A DNA stretch of 63,009 bases, counting the filler, from Octopus bimaculoides (Eukaryota), in assembly GCF_001194135.2 (NCBI RefSeq). It is 8 parts of 8 records of this genome, joined end to end, with 100 filler letters (N's around TTAATTAATTAA, not from the genome) between each part and the next. Parts side by side here need not be neighbours in the genome. Positions count along the whole stretch, not along the records: positions 9,900 to 17,445 come from NC_068998.1; positions 17,546 to 30,079 come from NC_068987.1; 6 more parts are not named here. The stretch is one strand, 5' to 3'. The translations under genes were made by a program, and so were the position numbers. The notes under the pieces were generated by a model, which worked only from the letters and a program-made list of their open reading frames with translations, did no database searches and was not told the origin of the DNA. This document shows, piece after piece, positions 11,992 to 25,129 of this stretch. Position 1 is the stretch's first letter; each line of letters starts with the position of its first letter.

Positions 11992-12418
11992 GATACACAT
12001 ATGTGTCTAGGGTGTGTTTGTGTTCCGAAGTGCGTAATAGATTATGAAATTCTTCCTGATGGATGATTTCGCGCTATAAAATTTCGCTTAGTTATTGTGA
12101 GACTAACAACCCGGTGTAGAATTCAATTTACATATGCTTCAGAATGCAGAGTAAGTCCTGCACAGAGCAGTTATAGGAAAACATGATGACGAATAAAAAT
12201 AAATTGTCTGAGGAGACTCAGGCACCGTTTGGCGCAGAATATGCAACAATGATATCGACCGACATTCCTCTTGCACACTTGGCGGAGTTAGGACGCTAAT
12301 CTTGTTCACTAATTTTTTTTTCTTATCATGCTTCTATTAAGTTTCTGAATCTTCTATAGATTAGAATTTTGACTGGTATTTTTAGCGACGCAGGTTCTGA
12401 TATAGTACCCCTGTATGC

Positions 12419-12458
<40 letters not shown>

Positions 12459-12770
12459 GAAGGTCACCAGTGAAAGAAGAACACAAAATAATTAGGTAGA
12501 TTATATTTAAGTCTTTAAAGATGTGTTCAGTCAGATCTACCATGTTTAAAGCTCAGATTTGCTAAGTGGAGGACAGCTCCTTATCGACAGGCTAATGACT
12601 TCCATATATATGACAAGGTGTTCATGGTCTGCGCCCGGGTAACATCAATATAGGGCATATAGACATGCACACCTTCGCACATATACAGACACACGTACAA
12701 AAAAAGAAATTGAGTTGAGATTAATATGATTTAGATCAAGTAACTGAGAAGATTATTCGGTGTTCTTTAG

Positions 12771-12861
12771 GTGACGCTGTCGCTGAAGATTGCGAAGAGT
12801 TGGCATGGAAGCATTGCCCTTACTCTTATAACATGACTTATAAAGAGGACCCTCATTGCTG
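12771..12861 (+). CDS. Secreted Cys-rich peptide precursor, exon 2 (GDAVAEDCEELAWKHCPYSYNMTYKEDPHC)
   Basis: tgttctttag|GT...TGCTG|gtatgt; 91 nt, phase 1 to 2, open; completes an A-V-A signal-peptidase motif. Confidence 0.75.
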
Positions 12862-12927
12862 GTATGTTTGATTTATTATTTATTTATTCATTTATTGGCA
12901 CACACACATACAAGCTCATGTGTGAGC

Positions 12928-12960
<33 letters not shown>

Positions 12961-13174
12961 AGGATATATATATATAAATTATATCTTCGTCAAACCAATG
13001 AGCAAAAGTAAAAATAAGATTGCAGCTGGAGATGCACCAAACTGCGTTGAATGAAATATAAGCTTATACAATCATATTTAACATCTCCCTGTCCATTTAG
13101 ACCTGGAAAGATAGTACAGTTTCTATCCGTAAGCGGATATTTTTCTGTGCGCGCAAGTGTATATTTGCTTTCAG

Positions 13175-13217
13175 CGTCAAAACTTACGTCAGCCAATACA
13201 AGCTGAATGCGCAATGA
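13175..13217 (+). CDS. Secreted Cys-rich peptide precursor, exon 3 (CVKTYVSQYKLNAQ*)
   Basis: atttgctttcag|C; phase 2 completes TGC, giving a CC pair; stop TGA at 13215-13217. Confidence 0.65.
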
Positions 13218-13411
13218 GATGCACCAGGTCGACAGTCTCCAAATATTTGCGCCAAATCATCTCATTTCATTCAGCAGTGGATGCTAATGGGTTGGTGTTA
13301 AGCAAAGTTTAATTACCCAATCATACTTGCATATTTTATAAACTCAAGAAATGTATAATCTAAAGTGTGACACAATTGAATTTCCGTGTCAGAACATAAA
13401 ATCTAAATCTT

Positions 13412-13417
13412 ATTAAA
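13412..13417 (+). terminator. Candidate polyadenylation signal ATTAAA for the peptide gene
   Basis: Variant hexamer about 200 nt after the stop; not distinctive in AT-rich DNA. Confidence 0.3.
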
Positions 13418-13759
13418 GAAATTTCCAATGATTTTATATGCTATGTCTTGATAAATTCTTATTTTCCAGGGCTTACACTAGTTTTTACGAGTGCTTTCGA
13501 AGAATTGACGAATATTGCACTAAATACTTTAAGTTCAAAAATTACAATATATGTGGGGTAAGCTACATTTCTTTTAATTCATTCAAACGTGAAGAAATAT
13601 GTATCAATGAATACAAAACGAGGCCCTATATGTTTTCTATTCCATCAATTTCCCTCTGACTTAAAGTAGTATTCGATAAATAACATAAGTCCTTTAGGTA
13701 ATATCGTTACATATATTTTTAGAATTTGAGAACTCATAAGATCGGTTACTCGATTTCCA

Positions 13760-14255
13760 AGGCGTATAAGTGACCGAAATCACCGCACTCGGCTGAGTCC
13801 TTCATCCGGTTCAAAACCAGCAATTTTGAGGCGAGGTTACAAGTTGATTACATCGACCCCTGACTAGACTAGTTCTTTGATTTATTGACCCAAGCAGGAT
13901 AAAAGGCCAAGGTGACCTTGGATAAATTCGAGCTCAGAACATAGAGAGCAGAAGTAATGCCACTATGTATCTCGCTCACCATGCTACCGATTTTGCCAGC
14001 TCGCCGCCTGCTTTTTATTAATGTAAACACGCATTACCTTTTCTGATATTAATGTAGAATTTTGGGGCAAGTTCGGCAATTTTGTGGGATGTAGTAAGTC
14101 AATTGAATCTGCTCGAATACTCAACTGGTACATATTTCATTGGACATGAAAGGTTGGAGGCAAAGCCAGCCACGGCGGAATTTGAACTCAGAAGGCGAAT
14201 ATAGACGGAAGCTTTCCAACCGGCATGCTACATATTCTGCCAACTCGCCGCCTGA
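13760..14255 (-). mobile_element. Two degenerate copies of tRNA/Deu(Nin)-domain-type SINE
   Basis: Reverse complements of the aaggcggcgagctggc..ctgagttcaaattccgcc..cctttcatcc family at about 13760-14000 and 14050-14255. Confidence 0.7.
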
Positions 14256-15329
14256 CTTTTGGTAATATAAAGATTTATTATCACTTCTGATATTGCTCTC
14301 AGAGGGAACTAAGTATCAATGTGTTATGGTGTTATCGTCTTGAAACCGAATCAACTACATGGATGAATAGGAGAAAAATACGGTGACTATGATTGGAGAG
14401 ACTATGCTCAGGTGTGGCTTTCATTATAATGTACTATTCTTTAATCAATTCTGTCTTCAATGTATCCATTTACTATATAAGTTTGGAAAAAAGATTCACG
14501 TTGAATTACTGCAAATATATATATGATGATTTCCCAAAAGCTGTTAATAATAGGAAATCCTGTTTTACTGGAAAACAGAATTCTATATCCGATCGTGTTA
14601 GTACTTGTTAATAACATGATTGAGAGTCTCGGACATGAGAAAGCTCGGATCATCATTATTCAAGTTTCTCTTGGGGGAAAAAAAAAATTCGTCTATACAT
14701 ACTTGCAGTGAAAAATGTAACAATTCACAAAAATTAAAGATATGATTTATTCTGAATACGACAATAATATAGCAATCATATTATCAAGAGCCATCGCCCG
14801 AAAAAATGGCTTTGCAATAATTGTTCTGGCTTTACATTTCTGCGTTCAAATCATGCTGAGGTCAACATTGACTTTTTCCCCTTTAGGTGTCAGTCAAATA
14901 TTCCTGTCCATGAAATCCAGTAATCGTTTGCTACAAATCTGCTAACCTTGTGGTTCAAATATACATCATTATCACCAGATATTGAATATTTATCAAAAGT
15001 ATCCAGCGATTTTTTTTCTAGGACTAGATTGCAATTTCTTATTTGAATTTTACATCTGTTAATACATAATCTAAAGTTGTCACCACTTGAAGCAAGAATC
15101 ATGAACTGGAGATATTCTCAGGAAAAAGTAATGGTATGTATTATCCTTCAAGCATTTTGTTACAAAACAAAAGCGTCCCACTGCAATGTTGGTGGTTTGT
15201 TGTCGTGCTTTTACTTTCACTGTATTCAAATTGTTTTACAGAGAATGTATGCAGTGAACGATGTTTTAGCAAACCTAATGCGCCTACTGTAATAGGAATT
15301 GTTCTGGTTTTAGGATCCACGTTCCAGTT

Positions 15330-15538
15330 ACCTCTATTTACACATCTTTGTATTTTGCTACTACATTCTGAGTTCAAATTCCAGTGAGGTCGACATTGCC
15401 TTTCATCCTTTTGGAATCGATACATCAAGTATCGATAAATTGATTTATCGATCTAGTACCAGTTACACACTGCTTTGGATGAAATCGACTAGACCCTTAC
15501 TCCAAAATCACTGCCCTTGTAGCAAAATTTGAAAACCA

Positions 15539-15540
<2 letters not shown>
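15330..15540 (+). mobile_element. tRNA/Deu(Nin)-type SINE with (TTA)n tail
   Basis: cattctgagttcaaattccagtgaggtcgacattgcctttcatccttttggaatcgat..., followed by (TAT)n. Confidence 0.75.
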
Positions 15541-15590
<50 letters not shown>

Positions 15591-16404
15591 GCATTTTTTA
15601 CTTCTACATATACTGACGTTTAATTATCTGTGTAAAATGAGAGGAATCCTTTAAGCGCAACAAACCTTTACCTGTAATAATATCCCTTTAAACTATTGCG
15701 TTCCTCTAAAATGAATCAATAGCCACTTATAAGGATATTATTTCAGGTATGGCCTCCGTATTTCCGTTCAGGCATTTGTTTGAAATCGATTATATTCTAA
15801 AGACTGCTCTCTATAACAATTATATTAGTATCCTAGAAAATGCCCTTGTGGGTGTTCCTTGAAATTGCGGAAAATACTGCCACTCGACTGCTTTTAAGAC
15901 CGTCTTATAAATGATTATTAGCTTTTAAATAATATGTCAGAAGTTTCAAAGGACGAACGGTCTGCATTGTTTTGATGCAACGTTTCGTAAAATAGAAAGG
16001 GTAATTTCAGGTGGGAAAAATGATGAAGATACGGTATATCTCAAATTTTTGAACTGTTAACAAAGTCTTAATTCTTTTATTACAGTTTTTAGTTGGAAAC
16101 TCCAGCCAACGCAATCAGGTACGTAACATCGTCTTAACAGTAGAGCACCAGCAATATCTTTGTTACTATAATATCAAGGTTAAGAGATTTGTTCAGATCT
16201 AGTAGAGTGAGAATAATAGTGTAGCAATGATACATAATTGTTACTCAAAAAGCTTCGTTGAATTTTTATCGGTTAGATCGACTCCGACGCTTCCTTTTGG
16301 ATAGCAGAAGCATCATATTACAGAAGGCTATTAATATTTGTTATTGTACATGCTTTAAACTAATATTAATTTAATCAATTAATATAGTGATATCGTCATG
16401 CAGC

Positions 16405-16830
16405 ATAAGGCAGCGATCTGGCCGAATCGTTAGCATACCAGGCGAAATACTTAACCGTAATTCCTCTGTCTTTACGTTCTGAGTTCAAATTCAACCGAGG
16501 TCGAATTTGCCTTTCGTTCTTTTGGGGTCGACAAATTAAGAACCAGTTGAGTACTGGGATCGATCCAATCGACTGGCACCCTCTCGCCGAATTCTGGGCC
16601 TTGTGCTTAGAGCAGAAATGAATCGTTAGCACGCCGGCCGAAATGCTAAGCGGTGTTTCGTCTGTCTTTACGTTTTGAGTTCATATTCCGCCGAGGTCGA
16701 CTTTTCCTTTCATACTATCGCGTTCGATAAATAAAGTACCAGTTGCGTACTGAGGTTTGTCTAATCCACTGGACCCCTTCCCCCCAAATTTCAGGCCTTG
16801 TGCCTATAGTAGAAAGCATTATTTATTATA
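16405..16830 (+). mobile_element. Head-to-tail dimer of tRNA/Deu(Nin)-type SINE
   Basis: Two consecutive units, each gaatcgttagca..ctttacgtt(c/t)tgagttca..ccgaggtcga..cctttc..ccagttg..ggccttgtgc. Confidence 0.85.
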
Positions 16831-17352
16831 CGTAGCATATCATTGTTTTACAAATTCGTTTTGGGTTATAGTATAAATTCATTGACTAATTCTAAATACT
16901 ACAATTAAACTGGTGAAAAACAAAACAAACAATACTACGCAAAGCAATATGGCGATCCTACCGTAATACTAATAAAGATGTAGACGTTTCAATGACATCT
17001 TAGATATCTCTACTATACTCATACCTAACCAAAGATAATCATTTTGTAAATCTAAACCGATTATCAATGCTCAATTATAGTTAGGGAAAATCAAAAACAC
17101 ACATACTTCAAGTACCCATATAAAAATTTGTATAAAAATTGTATCTCTATCTATCTCTTATCTTAACAGGTGGTGTTCCAGTCTGTATTGTTCTCTGTTG
17201 CAGCAGCTATAAGACTAATACAAATTTCAATAAATCTGATGTTAATCTAATTGTATGTCTGTCCCAAATTTTATTGACCCATTACATTCTAATTTTGCAG
17301 CAAGTTACTGAATACATGTAATTACATAAATGATTTTACATTATTTACATTA

Positions 17353-17387
<35 letters not shown>

Positions 17388-17411
17388 TTTCTATGTATCT
17401 CTATATAAATA

Positions 17412-17445
<34 letters not shown>

Positions 17446-17545
17446 NNNNNNNNNNNNNNNNNNNNNNNNNNNNNNNNNNNNNNNNNNNNTTAATTAATTA
17501 ANNNNNNNNNNNNNNNNNNNNNNNNNNNNNNNNNNNNNNNNNNNN

Positions 17546-18287
17546 GCCCTTTTGTGTCTAATATCTATGGTTAAAATTTCATCGACAGCAAAAATATATG
17601 AATTTTCATGGGGGTTATGGCCTCATTTATGTCCCCTCACTTTCAAACATATACTGCATTACATTCGCCCTTATGCATAGAATACAATTTCCAAATTTCA
17701 TAAAGATCCATTCAGTACTTTTGGCCTTGTTTTGAATCATAAAAATTGACTAAAATTTGGGAGTTAAGGCCCCCATTAGGGGGTCTTAGAATCCTCGTGA
17801 GAAGCGGAAACTTTGGGAATACTTCTTGATTTGTGACAATTACGTATGGTTGAAATTTCATCAACATCAGAAATTTATGAATTTTCATGGGGGGTTTTGC
17901 CCCCTTTAAGCCCTCTTGAATTCAGACCAAACATACTGCATTATACCCACCTGTATGCATTGAATCTAAGTTCCAAATATCATTCAGTAATTTTGGTCCA
18001 TGAAAAATGACTAAAATTTGGGGGTTAAGCTCCCATTAGGGGTTCTTAGAATCATCCAAAGAAATGGAAATTTTGGGTATATTTTAAAATTTTTTTCTAA
18101 TACCTATGGTTCAAATTTCATCAAAATCCAATTTTCACAGAGGGTTCTGCCCCCTCAAAATTTCATGAAACATGGCATTACCCTTTTTGGGATTAGATTT
18201 TGAGTTCCAAATCACATTAGGATCGGTCCAGTAGTTTTCAAGTCTATAAGTAACACACCAACAAACAAAGACATTGACTTTTATATA

Positions 18288-18295
<8 letters not shown>
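17546..18295 (-). mobile_element. Non-autonomous Helitron-like element with ~300 bp internal tandem duplication
   Basis: Terminus ..gatcggtccagtagttttcaagtc..acaaacaaagacattgacttttatataata resembles Lep1-type Helitron ends. The block tatggtt(a/g)aaatttcatc..gaattttcatggggg..gactaaaatttggg..ttagaatc occurs twice, with a partial third copy. Confidence 0.55.
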
Positions 18296-18334
<39 letters not shown>

Positions 18335-19109
18335 TCAATGAATTGTTAGAAACAAGGGAAAATGAGAAAAATAAAATATTAGTAAATAATTACTAAGTAT
18401 CAACTCTATAAAATGTAAAGCTACAGATATAACTACAAAATATCTTAATGTAAATATTTTAGCTTCTGTTTACATCATTGACATTAATTCTTAAATGAAA
18501 TGGATGATTTATCATGGAAACTAAATTGCATTATAGCAAATACTTAGCAGTATTCAAGCCAGTTCTTTGTTCAGATCACATCCAAATTTCTTTGTTTTTC
18601 AACTCAGTTATCCAATAAAGGTCAGTAATAAATAAGCTTTTAAAATGATGCATTCACAGAATCAATAGAATGTTTGCTTTTTGTGTTCTGTGTTAAAATT
18701 CCACCATGGTTAACATTGGTTCAAAAAAAAATATCAACCTCTGGGAAAGTTTAAAATTACAAACATTTAGAGAAAGTTGAGATGAATATAAAGAGTTATA
18801 CTCTCAATTTCAATAAGTTGTATTTGATTTTGGCTAATTGAATCAGCTGTGATGAACATTTGCATCCAGGGAATTCAGTCTGGAGACCTAGTCTAAATAT
18901 TTAAAACACAGTGGACTCCTTGTACCCATAGACCAGATAATGTTCAACAGATTAAGTCTGTCATGTGCATGTCAGCTATACATTTAAAACTATTTCCTAT
19001 TTAAACAGAAATAAATTACTGTGGTTTTTAAAAATTTTTTATCTTAGTTATAACTTCACCCAGAAGCAGTCTAAATAATTCACAGTACTGTAAGGAGAAA
19101 ATAGTGCCA

Positions 19110-19440
19110 ATTTACCATCATTATCATTTAATGTCCATCTTCCATGCTAGTATGGGATGGATGGTTTGACAGGATCCAGTGAGCTGGAGAACGCCATCAA
19201 ACACCAATGTCTGTTTTAGCATGGTTTGTATGGTTGGAGGCCCTTCCTAACATCTACCACTTTTCAGAGTACTGCGTGTTTTTTTTTTTGGTGACACTAT
19301 TAGTGAGGTCATCATTTAACTTGCAAGACAATGAAAAAAGCTCTTCAACTGAGTGGGATTGTAGTAGAGGAGTTGGTTTTATGCCAAGTATTGAGAGGCT
19401 GAAGTATGACTAAAAGAGATACATGGCTACCCTGTATGAT
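19110..19440 (-). mobile_element. Degenerate RTE-tail repeat
   Basis: catcattatcatttaatgtccatcttccatgctagtatgggatggatgg..gcccttcctaacatctaccac, same family as 57578-57740. Confidence 0.6.
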
Positions 19441-22400
19441 ATAGATGTGAGAGTAGTTAGAAAGGAGATAAAAATGTTGGTTACAAGGTGTCAGATTATA
19501 CTCTCAAGGTATAAGAAGGTGAGTATAAGAGAATACAGACTGAGGATTGGGAGGGGTAGTGGATAAGTTTATAGGAGTGTGAGAAGAGAGTGACTGGCAG
19601 TTATCATCCATTTGCTTGGGGATTGTTTTAGTTGGGTTGAATAATGTTTTAATATATTTTCTAATTATATTAATATCATTGCAGCTTATGTTGTCAAAAT
19701 TTTCTGATCCCAATTTCAATGAATTTCAAGGCTCAGGTATATTTTATGCACTCTTCCTATTAATTAGCATCTTATTCCCTGTAATCTCCCGCAAATATTC
19801 TTCATTGGCTTTTGACATCACTTTACAGTCCTCACTCAGTTATTGCACACCAAATAAAATCTCTCTAAAGTGAAAATCATAAAATTATTGGGTCTTCTAA
19901 ACAACTGAGTAAAAATATTGAACAAACTTCAAATGAAATCATTTAGACTATGTCCAGATGTACTTCAGATGGAATGATAATTTGCATGCTACGTACATTA
20001 AACTTTTCCAACAGTCCTTTTTCACATATTACTGATGATGGGTAACTTGCTTCACTGAAGTCTGTCCATAAGGAATAAAGATATTAAAGTATATCCAAAA
20101 CAATTGTTTTCACTCAATTAGCTAAATCAAGTAGATTAAAGATGAATAATTAATTGATTTGGATGATCCAATGTGTAGTGTTCAGCTGCAGAAAGATATG
20201 GTGATGGAGAAATGATTAAATGATACAACTGGTACAGATGCAGAGAATGAAAATAGTCACACATTTCTGAATATGTTGTTGCCATATACTCAAACATAGC
20301 TTTCTAAAGAAAGTCATTTGACTTATTGACAAACATTCACTCACCTTCATACTGTAACCACACTGTCAGAAAGAAACTGTCTTCTATCAAAAATACAATG
20401 GCCCCTGCTCTTCTAAACTAATTAGCTGCATATCCCTCTACTTGACATGCTCGGTTTTACTTCTTTTCACCCCCACCCCCTCATGTTTCATCTCCTGTAA
20501 CCTGCACTTTTTCTCAGTCTTCTCTTCCACATACTGAGAATTCACTACCCACTTACAATTTTTTCCTACAGAGAATGTCTGAGAGATGTTCAAATCAAAC
20601 ATAGCAGACTCACACTCATCAGTCTATAAGGGTAGGCAAGAGTCAGTCACAGATTTAATAAATTAATAAAGAATGGTGCCCTTCACCTTTGTAGGTTCTG
20701 GCAGACTAGTGTGACTGATGGAACTGATATCTAGCCTGAATATCAGAAAGTCAATGTCCATGAAGAAAGATGAGTGAGAAAAGAAGTGAAAATTTGATCC
20801 TAATAAATGTAACAGCAAACTTCACTAAAGGTTCCTGAGAAGCAGATAACTGGATTATTGTTGTTTATTAACCCCAAATTAACTGTAATTCAGCAAACCT
20901 ATGACCAAAGGCATTCTAGCCATGGTCACCTTGACTTTTTCAATCTATCTGGGGACTACAGTGTTAACCATTTTTAAGACGGTAAGGTGTGATTTGAGGG
21001 ATATTTTGCGGCTATCTCTAGCAACTCGAGTGACTGTAGGGGTTCCCTCATTGCATTAATGACAGTGTTAACCTGAATGATGTGTCTGTAGAGTACACTG
21101 TGGAGGTCAGCCTAATAGAAAAACAATTTGGATGTGATGTAGATTTCAAAAGACTTAAGAAATCGCATGAACTGATCTTTCTTACTGAGTATACAGAGCT
21201 TTGTGAAAATGATTAATAGAGGCATGATGTAAGCATTCCTGTTTTGGCCCCTTTAACATAACCAATTTTGAGAGAGATGGGGGGAGGTGATAATTGTCCC
21301 CAGTACTTGATTGATACTTTATTTAAAGATTCCCAAACTTGGAGAACAAATACTGCTAGTTTTTCTATCATTGCATCTTTAATTGTGTGTTGATCAAGGA
21401 TACATGTAGAAGAGGCTCTTAGCTAGTTTAGATTAAAAACAAGGGCAAATGATTTGGTTTGATGATTAGTATAAAATGAGTGTGGAAGCCAAGAGAAGTT
21501 GTATGCATTGGAGGCTTGAAGTATAAGCATTTCAAAGACAAGTGAATGTGCTATGTCATGAATGATGATGGTCTACTGTACTAGGTTTGTAGTATTATAA
21601 AGATTGCTAAAATGACATATAGAAGATGGTTTTTCTGGCTGTAATGTAGGAATTCACTTGATGACTTCCAGATGAAAGCAATAAGTAATTAATGAAACTC
21701 CTATAAAAATATGTAGTCACCTTTTGAGGACGAAAGTAGAATAGATTTTCTTGAGCATATTGGATGGATTAATTATTGAGATTGATAAGCTTTGAATTAA
21801 AGATGAAAAGCAATTGAAAACTGTGCATTGGTGGTGGATGGGATCAAATTTGCAATTAGAGCCATGTATCTTAGCATAAGGAAAGGAAACATGTTCAGTA
21901 GATTGAGCATTATTCTTTCTAATTTTTTAAAAACTTTTGAGACAATTTTATTTTTTCCAGTTTAGTTGGACCAGCAGCATTTGCACAAAACACATTCAGA
22001 GTCAAAGAGATTTTGTCTATTTAATCATGCATTGGTGTTCAAGAGACAATTTATGTTATTATATTCTTGTAAGGAGTTTGTCTTAATTCCATTTTTAATT
22101 ATAGTTCTTGTTTAAATAATTGTGATATTCACAAAATTCAGTTTACATTAAGTCCATTATTATATCTCTCAACAATTGCTTAGTAAGTGAATATATTCAT
22201 CTGTGTAAATATATCCATATGTATTAGGTCGAGCTGCAATGACTGCAAGAGCATATTGAGACACAAAATCTTGCCATATAATTGTTCTATAAGAAAAAGA
22301 AAACACTATGTTTAGTATATATATATATATATATAAATCATATTTAATATATTAAAATTGTGAGAAAGAGTGAAAGACAAATGTAATGGTCAAATTTTCT

Positions 22401-22862
22401 CCTCAAAAAAATAAAAAACAGTCAGGAAAGTAATGTCAACTAGATACTGACTTCTTAAATTAATCATTACATTCAGTTCCCTGTTTGATTATATTATTTG
22501 AATAGGGAATTGCTATGTGGTTGTTGAACTTGCTGGAATTTGCATTGAAGAGTACCTCAAATAACAATCCACCATATTAGGTAAATTATTGGTTAATACA
22601 TATCTTCAACAATATTCATGGTTATAATCACAATAATCAGTACTAAAAGGTAAAGTAACATCCCAGAACCAGTGCTGAATGTGCCCTTCTTTAAGGTAGC
22701 ATTATATATTGTTTGTATTATTCAAAGATGACTGTTTTAGACTAAATTTCAGGAGCCAAATTATTACACAGACCTCTTTCTGAGGTGTTGAAATTCAAGG
22801 TATACTCTAAAGTACTGTATGAGTAGCAGCCCACCTGACAACCAATGATCTTTTAAATGAAT

Positions 22863-22906
<44 letters not shown>

Positions 22907-23986
22907 CGATGAATTATATTGGTAAATGCATAACATTAATTTAATAAAATAAATGATATTGTGGTGTATTTTGTATCACATTAACTATATTAGAGTATTT
23001 GCAGTGGTTCTTTGATAATGAGCTAGAGTACTTAATATTTGTGTAAAGTGTACATCAAAGTAGATTGTAATGATGGTGAATTCCATATTCTTATCATAAC
23101 ATTTATATACAGGATAATCTCCATACTATCAAATGCTATTCTGTTGCCGGTGAAAATTTAGGAATGACTTGAGATTTTTTTTTAGCTCCCATAAAAAGGG
23201 GTTAATTTTTTTTACATGAAATTGACTTTTATTTGAATATATCCAATCATTATTGAGGCAATATAACACAAACCAGGTATCATACACTTTGTAATGCAAA
23301 TATCAATAAGATGTGTATAAATCAAACAGTCTATGCAGTTATCACTAACAAAACTACAATGGTTACAGTAGTCACAATGTAAGATAAGTAGCTCTCCTAA
23401 ACAACTAAACATGGTAAACATACATAGAGAAAGGTAAAATGTAAAATAAATTGTTTCATTTCTTAAGGAAATCAACATCAAAAAGATGAATAAAGGAAAA
23501 AAAAAATTAAAGAAACACTGCTGATTCACAAGATATCCAAAAAAAAAAAAAAAAAAGAAATCAAAGAATATCTATAACAGGATATCACTAAATATCAAAG
23601 AATCTGTCAAGAAAAGTGAAAAGTCTTTGAAGAAATTATAAAACATAATTGATTCCTGCATAAATCAATATTATCAAGATGTAAAATCAGAATGTACATC
23701 AATGTACTGTCAACAGCCAGAGAAATAAAAGAAATATAAGGTAAGAACAGCAAATGAACTGCTATGGATGACAATGTTCAAAATAACAACCAGAACACCT
23801 AAAGGATTCTGGGAAGCAATAACCACAGAAGTAGCTGACATACTACAAAAAATAAATAGTTGGAAAAGAGCAGGAAGGGATAAATATCTGCTTAAGATAT
23901 TTTGCAGTTTTACACAAAATACTCGCAAATTATTGAAAGATCACTGAGAGAAAATCAATTTAACCCTTAAGACTACAAAACGTTAA

Positions 23987-24596
23987 CCCTTTAGCATTCA
24001 GATTATTACCTCTGCCAAGGAAGGAGGTTATGTTTTCATCAGTGTTGGCGTGTCCATCTGTGTACAAAATAACTCAAAAAGTTGTGAACAGTATTTGATG
24101 AAACTTGCAGAAAAAGTTGGTAATGACACAAGGAACAGATGATGAAATTTTGGTAGTTATCTAGGAATTTTTATAGATTCTTGAAGGATTTTTTATTTGT
24201 TATATCTACTTTAAATGAAGCATTACATTGTTACGTTCTTTGATTATCTCCCTTGAAAACACATCACTTCCACGTAACTTATGGTGGCGTTGCTCTTTCC
24301 AAAGTTTATTTTCGTTTCTCTATTAGTAATTTTACTCACATATCTATCTTATGAGCTGCTTGGCAGAGGTCTGTGTTCTCCAAGTGCTTTTCTAGTTCTT
24401 TTAAATGTAATGTTTATTTATTCACACTGTTTTGAATCATACATTATCTAATAGCTTTGAGATTTTGATGATGTGATTTTTAATTTTTAGAATGATATTG
24501 TAGGGTAGGTAGGTGTGAGATACTTGATCTAGCCAGTTTTAATGTAAAACAGGTAGGATTATTTGGCTGAATGTGGCTGGTGTAAATGCTAAAGGG
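23987..24596. mobile_element. piggyBac-type MITE (TTAA|CCCTTTAG...CTAAAGGG) interrupted by a nested element
   Basis: TTAA-CCCTTTAGCATT at 23983-23998 and AATGCTAAAGGG ending at 24596; 24400-24596 is the reverse complement of the 59328-59548 copy. Confidence 0.75.
24004..24397 (+). mobile_element. Helentron-associated (HINE/DINE-1-like) non-autonomous element
   Basis: attacctctgccaagg..ggaggttatgttttc at the 5' end and cttggcagaggtctg..gtgcttttctagtt at the 3' end; subterminal IR cctctgccaag/cttggcagagg. Confidence 0.7.
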
Positions 24597-25129
24597 CTGG
24601 ACCCTCAACTTTATGAATCCCTCACTACAAACAATGGACCTCCATCATGGAGAAATGTACAGTCTGGTTCAGTCTACTGCTTAGCAACAACACTATAACC
24701 TACATAGCAAAATTGTCCCTCTCTTTAATCAACAAACACTTCAATGAATATAACTAGCTTCATAGATTATTCAGCAACAACAATATAAAATAGGGTATAC
24801 TACGAAACTTTATACAAGGAAAATCTATTTTCTGTAATACAAATAGAACAAACCAAAAGGAGGAAAACTGAAATTGCTAAAGCATAGTACAGTATCACTA
24901 ACATAAGCAGCAACTGAGTAACTGCATTGTGTCAGATCTCTACAAATAACAGAACAAAAAAATGAAAGCAATAATAATGTTTTCCACATTGGTCTGACAA
25001 AAAACGCTCTTTAAAGCAAATACAAAATGTTTGAATCACTATAACTAAGAAAATATCTAACTGTTTCTGATACACATCTAGAAAAACAAATGTGGCTTCT
25101 TCTTTTTCTTCTTCTTATTATAGTTAATT

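Noticed and set aside
13026-13050. Alternative exon 3 (CWRCTKLR*) for the peptide gene
   Set aside because: The acceptor lacks a polypyrimidine tract and would give an odd Cys count; the 13175 acceptor is much stronger.
22860-22903. AATAAA + poly(A) as the end of a processed pseudogene
   Set aside because: The signal is only 2 nt from the A-run, and no upstream ORF or TSD is recognisable; more likely a simple A tract.
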